A stretch of DNA of 63,783 bases, filler included, from Octopus bimaculoides (GCF_001194135.2; 3 parts of 3 records of this genome joined end to end with filler, not necessarily neighbours in it); one strand, 5' to 3'. Shown: positions 40,090 to 54,399, counted from the whole stretch's first letter. The notes: generated from the sequence alone by a model not told the origin. Numbers and translations: made by a program.

Positions 40090-43000
40090 NNNNNNNNNNN
40101 NNNNNNNNNNNNNNNNNNNNNNNNNNNNNNNNNNNNNNNNNNNNNNNNNNNNNNNNNNNNNNNNNNNNNNNNNNNNNNNNNNNNNNNNNNNNNNNNNNNN
40201 NNNNNNNNNNNNNNNNNNNNNNNNNNNNNNNNNNNNNNNNNNNNNNNNNNNNNNNNNNNNNNNNNNNNNNNNNNNNNNNNNGACGGGCTGCTTTCAGTTT
40301 CCGTCTACCAAATCCACTCACAAGGCTTTGGTCGGCCCAAGGCTATAGTAGAAGACACTTGCCCAAGGTGCCACACAGTGGGACTGAACCCGGGACCATT
40401 TGGTTGGTAAGCAAGCTACTTACCACACCGCCACTCCTGCGCCTGTTTAATTTTTCTCTGTTTAAATTTTCTTATTCCTTCCTATTGAAGAGCGTAGGCT
40501 TGAAACATAAAAGACTTTTCCATTTTTCCTGAGCATCAAACTAATACACTTGCTTATTGTTCATACACCTGTCTTCATATTTTGTTTTTCTATAAATTTC
40601 AACTATACATACACCTCCACACAAGGGCTTTGTTTGGCCTGAAGCTGTATTAAAAGAGACTCAAGATGCCAAGCAATAAGACTTAAATCCAAACATTAAT
40701 GTAATTTTAAATTCTTTAATGACTCTTTTTTTTTTCTTTCTCATTTATTGTTGTTGTTCTTCTTGCAGTCCTCTGAAAGGAAGAAAGGTGTTTTTAGTGG
40801 CAGCCACATTGCGACCAGAGACTATGTATGGTCAAACAAACTGCTGGATTCACCCAACCATGACATACATTGCATTTGAAAGTTGCCATAAAGAAGTGTT
40901 TGTCAGTACTCGTCGAGCTGCCAGGAACATGAGTTATCAGGGTATAACCCATGGAAACGCACAAATAAACACTCTTCTGGAATTTGTTGGACAGGTTAGG
41001 TATTCTTTTTGTTGTTGGTGGTGGTGGTGGTGGTGGGTGAGAGAGTGAGAGAGAAGTGCATGCCATCNNNNNNNNNNAGGTTAGGTATTCTTTTTGTTGT
41101 TGGTGGTGGTGGTGGTGGTGGGTGAGAGAGTGAGAGAGAAGTGCATGCCATCAAAGTGACACTGGAGTACAAATATACGAAGCCCAGTGTACCCATCATG
41201 ACTACCAGTCTGATAAGGGTACACCAGGCACATGCATCACAACCATATGTGCACGACATGGTGATCTCATATCAAGATAAACAGCGCATGACCTCGCAGG
41301 TGGGGCCCAGTTAGAATTTTCTTCAGGTCGTGTAGCCCATTCCACTCAAAAGGTCCCTGAATAAGGTTTGTTTAAGGATGTTGAACAAAACACCCATGTT
41401 TCCATGGTGAATTATTCAAACCCCAAAGAATTCCTCTCAACACATGGTTATGATGCTCCCCCACTACTCCTGCTGTGGTATTAAGCAGAATATTTGCTGT
41501 AGCCCATCTTTTTATACCAAGACAAAACAATGTACATGATAACACTTCCAATCAATTAAGGCCATGAGAGCCACTGCCTGGTACTGCATTATCATCTAAC
41601 ATCCATCTTCCATGGACGTTAAATGATGATGATGATGATGATGATGCAGTACCTGACAGTGGCTCCCATGGTTTCCACTAAGCTACGTGCCTTCACTTGA
41701 ACTTCTATAGGTCAATGTCTGTAGTAAAATAAAAAAGTGGTGGGTGTGTGTAGGGGTGTCGGTAGATTCAAGAGAGCTGTAGTTTAAAGAAAGAAAGTTT
41801 GTGAAGTACAGTTGTTTTGAATTTGTTCTACGTTTGTGGTGGTGAGCTGGGGGTGGAATGCAGCTCTGGGCACCAAGTGGGTGGCAGCCTGAAAAAGGTT
41901 TGGAAACCACTGGACTAGATGCAGTGCTTTGAGTAGGATCTGGGAAATGAGACAGTAAACAATAAAGGGCAAAGAAAAGGCAGATGGGTTGCTTGGGGCT
42001 TGGGTGTACGCAAGATTATTTGGTCACTGAATGTGGATCCATGAATAAGCCAATCAAGAAAGCAGTCAGATATCCAAAGAACATTGGCAGATGTATTCAA
42101 GAATGATGACTACACTTAATATAGACATTTGAATGAATGACATATCTTCATCATCATCATTTAATGTCCGCTTTCCATGCTAGCATGGGTTGGATGATTT
42201 GACTGAGGACTGGTGAAACCAGATGGCTACACCAGGCTCCAATCTAAATTTGGCAGAGTTTCTACAGCTGGATGCCCTTCCTAACGCCAATCACTCAGAG
42301 AGTGTAGTGGGTGCCTTTATGTGCCCCCAGCATGAGGACCAGTCAGGCAGTACTGGCAACAGCTATGCACAAAATGGTGTATTTTACGTGCAACCTGCAC
42401 AGGAGCCAGTCCAGTGGCACTGGCAACGACCTTGCTAGAATGTTTTTTCACGTGCCAGTAAGGCAACACTGGTAACGATCACGCTCAAATGGTGCTATTT
42501 ACGTGCCACTGGCACGGAAGCCAGACAGTTGCTCTGGCAATGATCACGCTCAGACGGTGCTGTTATGGAAATACCTGATGATAGAGGTAACAAAGGAAGA
42601 TCTAGTTTAGAAAATAGTGAAGTCTGGTCTCAAAACATTGATTTTTTTTTAATGTATGATTCAGAATAGAGACATGTGTAAAGATGAATTTAACTCGTTA
42701 GCATTTAAACTGGCCAGATTGAGCCAAAATACTCTACCTGTTTCTGTGTTCAAACTAACCAGATCTAACATCATTGAAATCTCAAAGCTAGAAAATAAAG
42801 TGTAATTAATTGAAAACAATGTGAATAGATAAGTAATCTGAATGCTAAAGGCTTAAATCAGACATATCCAGTCCCAGTATTCTTTCTGTTTTATGTTCAA
42901 ACTAGCTAAATCTGGCCTCTCATACTTATCACACAATGTCATTCTAAAACTAATCAGTCACATCATCGAAATCTCAAAGCTGTGAGATTGAGCATGATTA

Positions 43001-46000
43001 ATTGAAAATGATGTGAATAAATAAGCATTACATTTGACAGTAATTTTAATGCTGAAGGGCTAAAAACCCTTTCTGTTAACACCTAGCTTGTTAAAAAAAA
43101 AAATCAGGCATTAAAATTATGATTATGATGTATGAAATATGGGATTATACAATTACTGAATTCATTGCCAACCTACAGTAATGATGACGATGATGAGGCT
43201 AATGGTGACAATGGTTGTACTTAATTATATGTTTTCTTTTAATTCCAGGATATACTTGGTGTAAAACTACATGCACCTCTCACCAGTTACCAGTGTATCT
43301 ATACTTTACCGATGATGACTATCAAAGAAGATAAAGGTTTGTTTGTTAAGTTGTGCTTTCACTGCTGTTTACGTCATTGGTATATACTTGCCAGTTATCG
43401 TAATCATCATTGTTATGACCCATCATGAATACCCTCATTATAATCATACATGCAACTTGTTCAGAACTGAGAGTGAAGATAATATTCAAGGTGTTCGGTC
43501 TAAATTTAACAGTTTGCATAAAATATAAGTATTTAAATAAAAATTAAAAAAAAATATCAGCTTCAAGCATTGGGCCCCATGGAGGCAAAGTGGCTGAGTT
43601 CCTTTCACGTGTTGGGCTTCACAGAGGCAATGACTGAAACCTTTGGCATTATGTTGGGCTTGAGAAGAAGACCCATCAAGCTGAGCAATCATGGCAGATA
43701 CTAGTGTCATGCAAATGGCACCCATGCCAGCGTTACATAAAAGCACCCACTACACTCTCTAAGTGGTTGGCATTAGGAAGGGCATCCAGCTGTAGAAACT
43801 CTGCCAGATCAGACTGGAGCCTGGTGCAGCCTTCCGGCTTGCCAGCCCAGGTCAAACTATTCAACCCATACCAGCATGGACAAATGGACGTTAAATGATG
43901 ATGATAATTATGGCAGAGAGATAACAGTTTACTCAAGGTATTCACCCTCAATTTCCACCATGGCCTCAAGACAGCTCCAGATCCTGGTGTATGCATTCCT
44001 CACTGTGTCCCTGGGAAGATCTTCGAACTCCTCCTTGATCTTGGCCACCAGCTTGGCCTCGGTGTTGCAGGCAGAGTGGTTGGTTCCTTTCTCAACTGCG
44101 TCCCACACGGATAGTAATCCATGAGATTACAATTGCGAAAGTTAGGAGGCCAGAAATTGGGGCTGTTGAAGTTGTGGCAATTCTCCAACAAACACTTCCA
44201 GAGATATGGCAAGGAGCTGAATCCTGCTACCATACATATGGCCTTCCAACAGCAAGCCTTTCCAACCAAGGTTTGATCACTGTTTCCAGCAGCTTCACTT
44301 AGCTGTCTGAATTGAGCCTAAGGCTCTGTTTTAAGATGTGGGGCAGCATGATGTCACCCTCGTTGGACACCATCATAGTGAGGGGAAGCCTGGTTTTCAC
44401 GGTGTGCATGTCACATCTTACAGCCCTTATAGTGTTCGCAGAGCATTGACCAGCAGTCATGATGTTGTCATTTTGATACCTGACACAGATCATCACAATA
44501 CAGGTAACTCTTTTCCAATATCCAGATGGCTTCCTGTCTTCCATATCAGCTAACTTTTTCTCAACTATAACTTTAATTTTATGCTCTCCAATGCCGTTGA
44601 CTGTTCATCAATACATCAAGTTGTTCCTGATAAAAAAAGGACACATAGAAAATTGTCAGATTTAGCCTGAACACCCTGTACAGGGTGTCCACAAAGTCTG
44701 GGTACATGGAATAAATAGAATCATAACATAAACAATTAAATATAAGAAATAATAATTTCTTAAAGTATGTGTTAATCCCCATGTGGGTACATGGAGTAAA
44801 TAAAATCATAACATAAACAACTAAATATAAGAAATAATAATTTCTTAAAGTATGTGTTAATTCCCATGTACCTAAATCTTGTGGACACCCTGTATAATGT
44901 GTCACACAAAAGGAATCCTGGCTTTCACCTGTGATGAGTTGTGTCAGCTCCAAGTAGTAAATTCGCCATATTGTTGTCAACTGCACCTGGTAATTACAGG
45001 TGTTTGATGTTGAGATAATCAACTGGCAGCAGTTCCAAAGGTGGATGCTGTTCAAAAGCTGACTTGATTGTATTTACCCACATTTTTGTTTCCTCTCCAT
45101 TTATGCCACCCTAGTGGGAGCTCTAGAATGACTTTATTATAGATAAGTACACTCTATAGAGAATGGAGTGTATGGCCAAACTAATGAAGACATTATTTTG
45201 GCAAGAGTTGTTAAAAGGAATCATTCTGTTAATGACAACAAACCTTGGACTTTGATGCAAAACCCGAAATGTGAACATGATTACTTTGGCAAAAGCAAAA
45301 GTGCCAAATACTTTCAGCTTGCTTCAATCCGGTACTCTCATTGGACGTGTATTGCAGTCGTGCAACAGAATGGTTCAAGTGAGCTCTTGGTTAATGTAAA
45401 TTTTTGTGGCAGTATGATTCTCTAACCTTGACAAAAGCTGGTGTGACAGGTTTGGAGACACAGAATGCATAAGTTGCTATGCAACTTGTAAGACTAATAT
45501 CCTCTCTGATGAGTGGAGATATAACCATGTTGGTATCGGTTACCGTTCCTTAATAATTTAGAAAAAAAAAAAAGAGTTTAAAGTAATAATTCAAATAGAG
45601 AAGATAAAGGAATGAAATTATGCCACTTTTTATAATATTAACAAAATATTTAATGGATTAAAAAAATTTTTTTTTCTATTTGTAAAATTCAGGAACTGGA
45701 GTTGTGACAAGTGTGCCATCAGATTCACCAGACGACTTTGTAGCCCTTCGAGATTTAAAAAATAAACAGGTAAAAAGAATAAAAACTACTAACAAAAACA
45801 ATGATTGATTTTTATCTGTCAGTGTGTGTTTGTAACTATATTATTTGAAAAAAGAATACTTTGGATAATAGCTCATATGTTTGTAGTGATCATTATAATG
45901 ATCANNNNNNNNNNNNNNNNNNNNNNNNNNNNNNNNNNNNNNNNNNNNNNNNNNNNNNNNNNNNNNNNNNNNNNNNNNNNNNNNNNNNNNNNNNNNNNNN

Positions 46001-46513
46001 NNNNNNNNNNNNNNNNNNNNNNNNNNNNNNNNNNNNNNNNNNNNNNNNNNNNNNNNNNNNNNNNNNNNNNNNNNNNNNNNNNNNNNNNNNNNNNNNNNNN
46101 NNNNNNNNNNNNNNNNNNNNNNNNNNNNNNNNNNNNNNNNNNNNNNNNNNNNNNNNNNNNNNNNNNNNNNNNNNNNNNNNNNNNNNNNNNNNNNNNNNNN
46201 NNNNATATATATATATATATATATATAGTTTTAGGGAAAACAACCAATTTTCATATATATATATAATAATAATAATATTAGAATTTATTTTCGATAATTT
46301 CAATTGATTTTAATCGATTTAAATTTCTTTTCTATTTGAAAATTGGTTATGAAACACGTGTAATCTTTTTATTATATTTATCTTATGATATTTACTTTAC
46401 TTTATATTATACTCATTTATTGTGCTTTTAATTATTAATTTTTCTATATGTGATAGTGGATTTTCATCGATGAGTTCTTGAAAATTGGTTATTTTCCCTA
46501 AAATTATATATTT

Positions 46514-46549
<36 letters not shown>

Positions 46550-49500
46550 ATGCAAGTACAATTCTTTCATAATGTATATAACATTTGTGATATATGTATG
46601 TAGGACATTAATAGCATGTGCATTCAACCTAAATCTAATCTATTCTTTCTCCTACACTTTGTTGTATGGCTTAGTGGTTATTGTGTTGAACTGATTGTGA
46701 TTTCAGTGTTTAGCAAAAATAAATGTTTGACAAATGCTACACAGAAAGAATCAGAAGGCAATGTGTTGTGTTCATATTCAAAATGTGATACTTTTATTTA
46801 CGGTTTCAAAACAACGCTGAACAAACATGTATTACAGAAAAATTCACTGTATGTGTAAACAATCAAAATTTAGTCCTTCAGTCAGACAGGAATAACATGG
46901 CAAGACATGAATATATTTGGTTGCATTTAGTAATTTTTACAGGTTCTTTAGTCTGGTACTGGATATTAATCCCATAGTACAAAACCAGACAACTAGTCTT
47001 GCTGAAGCAGTCAATTTCAGCAAACATGGTAAAACAATATAAGCTTCATAACAGCTTAAAAAAGAAGATGAATGCCAAGTGAAGAAGTGGGTTATAATGA
47101 TTTTGACTTGCTAAAAAAAAACTTAGCTTAGTAGTAATAAAGACTAAGAAGTTCAACAAGTAATCCTCCAGGTTCTAGATGAAGCTGATGGAATGAGAAG
47201 CTTGACTGTACAATGTTAACAGTTCAACATCTTCACAGCAACCCACTCACCTTACTGTTTTTAAATGCGTTTTCATCTTGGGCGGAAGTTGTTTGAATTT
47301 CCACAATGCCAACCTTAACTGGTCAGCGTCTATCCCAAACAACTAATTCGTGCTGCAGTAGAAAAACAAATTTATCATATCTTACTATAAGATCCTGGAC
47401 CGAGCGATTCATTGTGTTCTTGAGGAAAACACTTAGCTGCCTGTTACTCTAGTGCACTTAGCTTGTAAAAAATGTATGATCCTGCAACAGACTGGTGCCT
47501 CATTGATTCCATATATGCCACCGATTCCAGGAAAATTGGTCTTATGAGCCTCTGACTCTGGAAATATCTTTCATCTGTTTTTTTTTTGTAATTGAAATGC
47601 ACTCCTGCAAATAAACCAACACAGGCAAACGCATACACAACTGCACTGATGCAATTATATAAACAGGTTATTGTTCACAGTTTCAATGTTACTGATTTTG
47701 TTGTTTCTTTCTATAATCTAGCAATTTAGAGAGAAATTTGGAATTCAAGACCACATGGTGTTGGACTTTGAACCTGTAAGTTTATTTATTTTATGTCATT
47801 TTGTATACAAATAGATGAGTGTCTGCACATTTTCTGTCTTTCAAATTCTACACTCATAATATTGTTTGACCTGAGGCACTGTGTGTAGGCATCAGACAAA
47901 GAACCACATATTAGCAAAACAAAATTTTAACCACACAATCATGGCTGTTATCACTGTCACCATTGTTTTAATGTCGATTTTGCCATGCATGCATGGAGAG
48001 GATGGAATCTGTAGAGATAGAGTTTTTACAGCTGTACGCTTTTCCTGTTGCTAATCCTTGCATGTTTCCGAGCAAGGTAATATTTCTGCATAACAGGACA
48101 TAATTTCCTGCAAGATTGGAAACAAATGATATCACACTAACAGCAAATGACAGTGATGCTTATTTACAACTACCGTATGGTGTGAAGGCAAGGAAATCAA
48201 ACACACACACGCATGCATATGCATGTGTGTATATGTGGCTCAGTGGTTAGAGTCAGGCTTGCAATCAGGAGGTTGAATAAGTACTAGGCTTAAAAAAGAA
48301 AAGTCCCAGGGTTGATTTGCTCCAGCATGGCTGCCATCAAATGACTGAAACAAGTAAAAGAATACATATATATATATAATACAAATAATATGTGAGTATA
48401 TGCATATATACGTACATGTATGTACAAACCTACATCTACATGTATATATAGATGCATATCTGGGTACAGTACGTCACAAACAAAAACGTGGACAAAATGA
48501 AAAACAGAACATAAACAGAGCACAGAAAACAAACAGGCCACATAGAGAATATTTCCTTCATCAGCTGCCCCTATTCTAAACTAAGCGTTTTGAAATTTAC
48601 AGAAAAACAAAAGACCAAGACTGGTGTATGAACAACAAGCAGGTGTATTAGTTTGATACTCAAGAAAGTGAGAAAGTCTTTTACGTTTCGAGCCTATGCT
48701 CTTCAATAGATAGGAGTAAGAGAAAATAAAGAGAGAAAGAATAAAAGAACTTGTGGCTTTAGCAATCAAGCATGGTGACTGGATGGGAAAAAATAGGTTT
48801 GACAGGAGAGGTAGAAAGAAAGGGAGTTAATAATGTGTTGGTGATCCCAAAATGAAGGTGCACATGTGTGCGCGTGTGTGTGTGTGACTAGGGGCTAGTG
48901 ACTTTGACATGTGGATGTGTGTGTAATGTGTGGGTGTGTAGATGTGTGGTGTGGGTGCTGGGAAGTGGTCAGTGCTAGTGTGTGTGGGGTGATGTGATGT
49001 GGTGTAGGGGTGGGTAGGAGTGAAGAGAGGAGGAGAAATTGAGCTCATGTGGTGCTTAGGAGGAAAGAGAGAAAATTAATTCCTGTTCATGGTGAAGATG
49101 GGAGTCTGAATGGCCCCTGTGCTAAGACAATCTGAGCACAGATAGGTGTTGTAGTGAATGACCAGTAGATTGGAAATGGTACGAGACCGGGGTATCATTG
49201 CTGCGTCTGATGTCTTGGAGGTGCTCTGCAAACCAGTCAGCCAAGTGGCATCCTGTTTGACCCTTGTACAGAGAAGGGCAGAAAAAGCAGGAGATGCAGT
49301 AAATAATGTTGCTAGAAGTGCAAGCAAAGGAGTTGGTGATATGATAGGGATGATGATGAGTGCCTGTGAGGATGGTGGTAATGGAGAGGTAGGGGCAAGT
49401 GTGGCAGCATGTGCAGGAGCAGGGGAACAAGCCAGGTTAGGAGGTGGGGTTAGGGAAGAGATTGTGGACCAGGTCACTCAGGTTGTGGGCTCGTTTGAAG

Positions 49501-50549
49501 GAGGGAAGGAGTAAGTTGGGGAAGATGTGCGAAATGGAGGGGGTCAGGCTGGAGTTGGCAGAAGACTCGGAGAATGGTGTGTTGGAAGGGCAGGGTGGAG
49601 GGGTGGTAGGTTAGGGGAGACGGGCAATGGCAGGGCGGATGCGGGGAGAGCGAGCAGAGGCACAGTCCGTGGAACGTGCTCTAATAATATGAGAGGTTTT
49701 GGTATCCAGAAGACCCAGAAGACAGTTAAGGCTGTGTGAGCGCATTATATCTGGTTTCTTGTATATCTCTCCCTTTCCAGAATAACTTCTTTTTGGAAAA
49801 AGGAACTCTACTAATTCCTTCTATTGAAGCTCTTTTAACTTGATGGGATATTTATTTCCCTGAAACAGCTGTAAGACCACCTTTCTATTTATAAATGCCC
49901 TAGGAATATCACATTGCCTTGGCTTTGTTATTTTATTTAACACACACACACACACACACACATACGATCAAACAGAGTGATCTTGGCTTGTGTTGGCAGA
50001 ATTTGTATTTGGTAAAATTCATACGCGTACACACTCACATATGAATTTGTTTTTAATTTCTTTATTCTTGACTTTTTTTTTTCTGACAGATTTCCATTAT
50101 AACCATTCCTGGTGACAGCAGCTTCAGTGTGGAAGAAGTTTGCAAACAAATGAAAATACAGAGCCAGAATGATAAAGAAAAACTGAATGATGCAAGAGAA
50201 GTGATTTACAAAAAGGGTTTCTATGAAGGGGTAGGTTTTTCCCTGATTGTTTCACTTGTTGCTGCTGCTGTTACTGGCCTTGTGCCAAAATTTGAAACCA
50301 TTGTTGTTAATGTTGCTGTCTTTGTTGTTGTTTAAGGCAGCGAGCTGGCAGAATTGTTAGCACACTTGGCAAAAATGCTTAGAGGCATTTCGTCTGTCCT
50401 TACATTCTGAGTTCAAATTCTGCTGAGGTTGACTTTACCTTTTGTCCTTTTGGGATTGATAAAATTAAGTACCAGTGAAACACTGGGGTCGATGTAATCA
50501 ACTAGTCCCCTCCTCACAAATTTCAGGCCTTGTGCTTTTACTAGAAAGG

Positions 50550-50606
<57 letters not shown>

Positions 50607-50924
50607 CATTCTGAGTTCAAATTCTACTGGGTTCAACTTGACCTTTTATCCTTTCAGGGTGATAAAATAAGTACCAGTTAAACACTAGGGTTGATCTAAT
50701 CTACTTATACCCTCTGCTGAAATTGCTGAGTTATATATCCCATTCACTTGTTTCTCTCTTCCACCCCATTTATATCCTAATCCTCGTTCCTTGTGAGTAT
50801 TCCCTGGCACTTTGCCACCATCTCTCTCCCGTTCTCTCTTGCACTCTTGCTATCCCTCCTTCCCTGCTGACCCATGTCAGCAGGGAAGGAGGATGTTAAA
50901 CAATGGTGATGATGATGATGATGA

Positions 50925-50957
<33 letters not shown>

Positions 50958-53900
50958 CACCATCATCATTTAATGTCCGTCTTCTATGCATGGGTAGTAC
51001 GGTTGACAGGAGTCGACCAGGTGGAAAAACTACCCCAGGCTACTGTGTCTGTTTTGGCAGAGTTTTTGCGGATGGATGCCCTTCTTAACGCCAACCATTC
51101 TGCAGAGTGGACTCAGTGTTTTTTATGTGGCACCAGCACAGGCAAGGTCAGTTTTAGCATGTTTTTTACAATTGGATGCCCTTCCAAATGCCAACCACTT
51201 TAAAGTGTGGACTTGATGCTTTTCACATGGCATCAGCACTGGCAGGGTCACCAAGTAACTTGCAAGACAAAGATCCTTTGAGTGGGGAGGCAGCATCAGA
51301 AAAGGTGATCTTGTGATAGAGAGACAGAAACAGGTGTCTTGCTATAGAAGAGTTACATGGTTACCCAGCCAGAGAGCGAGAGAGAGAGTGATCATAAATT
51401 GAATGGTTATAATATTTCTCTAATTCACTTTTTATCAGTGCTTGTCTTTTCTTTCTGGACACTTACAATATGTTGAAGCAAACAAAACTTTACTGAATGT
51501 TGATTGTCATCAAGACTAAACACTATAATGACAACTTTCTGCTTTCCTTTTTGTTTGTTATACTAATTGTTTTTCACTGTTTCCCTTGCATTTGTATTTT
51601 CAGGTTCTGAAAGTTGGTGAATACAAAGGCAAAAGAGTTCAAGATGTGAAAAAGATCGTTCAGCAAGACATGATCAAAAAGGTCGGTTTGGTTTCTATTT
51701 GTAAATGCGCGCACACACGCACGCACGCACACAAACACACATGCAGACACAGACACACACACACACAGAGTTTTTGTTATTAATTTTTGTGGCAAAAAAT
51801 TCTTAGTTCATAAATCTTTTATTCTTTTACTTGTTTCAATCATTTGACTGCAGCCATGCTGAGGCATCGCTTTGAAGACTTTTTAGTCAAATGAATCAAC
51901 ACTTTTTTAAGTCTGGTACTTTATCAGTCTCTTTTACTGAACTGCTAAGTTACGGGGGACAAACACACCAACACAAACTGTCAAGCAGTGGGGCACAAAC
52001 ACAGATATAAAGACACACACATTGATAATTATATAAATATATCATCATCATCATCGTCGTTGTCGTTTAACGTCTGCTTTCCATGCTGGCCTGGGTTGGA
52101 TGGTTTGACCGAGGGCTGGTGAGCCAGAAGGCTGCACCAGGCTCCAATCCGACCTGGCAGAGTTTCTACAGCTGGATGCCCTTCCTAACACCAACTGCAC
52201 TGAGAGTGTAGTGGGTACTTTTACGTTCAACTGGCACGAGGGCCAGTCAGGCGGTACTGGCATCGGCCATGCTCAAATGGTGCTTTTTACATGCCACCTG
52301 CACAGGCTTCTTTCAGTTTCCATCTACCAAATCCACTTACAAGGTTTTGGTTGGCCTGAGGCTATAGAGGAAGACAGTTGTCCAAAGTGCCATGCAGTGG
52401 AACTGAACCCAGATCCATGTGGTTGGGAAGCAAACTTCTAACCACATAGCCACAAGTAAATCCAGCATAAAATTCAACACAGTATCACAGAATTTGAGAA
52501 ACAATATTGATTGTATTAAAAAAAAAAAAATGCAATAGTATAACACTTTCCACTCAGTAATGTGGGACGTTTCATTAAGCTAGACATATGGGTAGGAATT
52601 GGAAAGGCTTTATTTACTTACCTCACTCAATTATTATTTGTTAAATCAAATCACAAAATCAAATGGAAACTGTAGCTGTGGCTGATACCAGTGCCACCTG
52701 ACTGGCTCCAGTGCTGGTAGCATGCAATAAGCACCATGCATGCGTGGCTCATTGCCAGTGCTGCCTGACTGGTTCCCCGTGCTGATGGCATGTAAAAAAG
52801 CACCATCTGAACATGGTCGATGCCAGCCTTCCCAGTCCGACTAACTTCTATGCTGGTAGCATGTAAAAAGAACCATCTGAATGTGGCCGATGCCAGTGCT
52901 GCCTGACTGGTTCTCGTGCTGGTGGCACGTAAAGAACACCCACTACACTCATGGGGTGGAAGGGCATCCAGCTGTAGAAACACTGCCAGATCAGATTGAA
53001 GTCTGGTGCGGCCTCCTGGCTTGCCAGTCCCCAGTCAAACCGGCCAACCCATGCCAGCATGGAAAACGGACGTTAAATGATGATGATGATGATTTTCAAA
53101 GGTTTAAGGCAACAAATTGGAAGAACAATTAGCTCATCTGACAAAATGCTTAGTGACATTCCTTCTGGCTCTTTGCATTCTGAGTTCATATCCCACTGAG
53201 GTCAATCTTGCTTTCAATTCCTTCGGTGTGAATAGAAATAAAGTACCAGTCAACTACTGGAGTTGATATAATCAATTGGTCCTCTCTCACCAATTCTAAG
53301 TCGTGGGGAAGAAGGAAGAATCATTCTCAGTAGGTGTAGACATGGCTGTGTGCTAAGAAGCATGCTTCCTAACCACATGGTTCTGGTTTCAGTCCCACTA
53401 CATGGCACCTTTAGCAAATGTCTTCTACTGCTTGAGCCTGATTAAAGCCAAGTGAGTAGATTTGGTAGATGGAAACTGAAAGAAGCCCATTGTATATATA
53501 TATATAAATATGTGTGTGTGTTTTTGTGTCTGTATTTATCCCCCACCACTGCTTGACAACCAATGTAGGTGTGTTTATGTCTGTGTGACTTAGCAGTTCA
53601 GCAAAATGGAATGATAGAATAAATACCAGGCTTTAAAAAAAAACCCAATAAGCACTGAGGTCAATTCATTCAACTAAACGTTCAAGGTGGTGCCCCAGTA
53701 TGGCCACAGTCTAATTTGCTTTGTGTTTCTTTTTTTTTTTTGTTTTAACATTCATTCTCCATTATTTCTGTCCTTATATAACACTAGAACGAAGCTGTTC
53801 TCTACATGGAACCTGAGAAGAAAGTTGTCTCCCGCTCTGGTGATGAATGTGTAGTTGCACTTTGTGATCAATGGTAAGGATGCTTACTATGTATTGTTGT

Positions 53901-54399
53901 TGTTGTTGTTTAGTTCAAGACATAAGGTTTGGTAGTAATTTGCCAAACGTACAGAATCATTGTACATTGAGCATTGAATGTGCCATACTCTGTTCTGTAT
54001 TTTTGAGATGAGGAATTCTGTACATTATTTACATTGGATGGATATGTGTCCTCATCTTGTTTGTTACAACATTTCGGCTGATTTACTCTCCAGCCTTCAT
54101 CAGGTCTCCTGGTAGAATTTTGGACCCTACCCCGGGTTCTCACTCCTAAGGTATTTTTTTTTGCTGATGTTGTTTTATTATGATTATTATTATTATTATT
54201 TATTCCAGGTACTGCCTGGAATTGAACTCGCAATCTTGGGGTTAGTAGCACTGTTAACCATTATGATTTATACCTGTAGGCAATTATATAGTTGAATACC
54301 AGTATATAATGTAATGGTTAAGAGTGTGGGCTACTAACACCAAGATTGCGAGTTCAATTCCAGGCCGTGCTTGGAATAAATAATAATAATAATAATAAC

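Noticed and set aside
41078-41147. Second copy of the LARS1 donor region (AGGTTAGGTATTC..)
   Set aside because: Exact duplicate across a 10-N gap, an unmerged contig overlap rather than an alternative donor.
45168-45425. ORF starting MYGQTN, echoing the LARS1 motif
   Set aside because: It starts at GTG and there is no similarity beyond five residues; coincidence.
47440-47640. Minus-strand [10 protein letters not shown], faintly like the Harbinger FPG..G.IDG motif
   Set aside because: The catalytic Asp and the rest of the domain are not seen; too weak to call.
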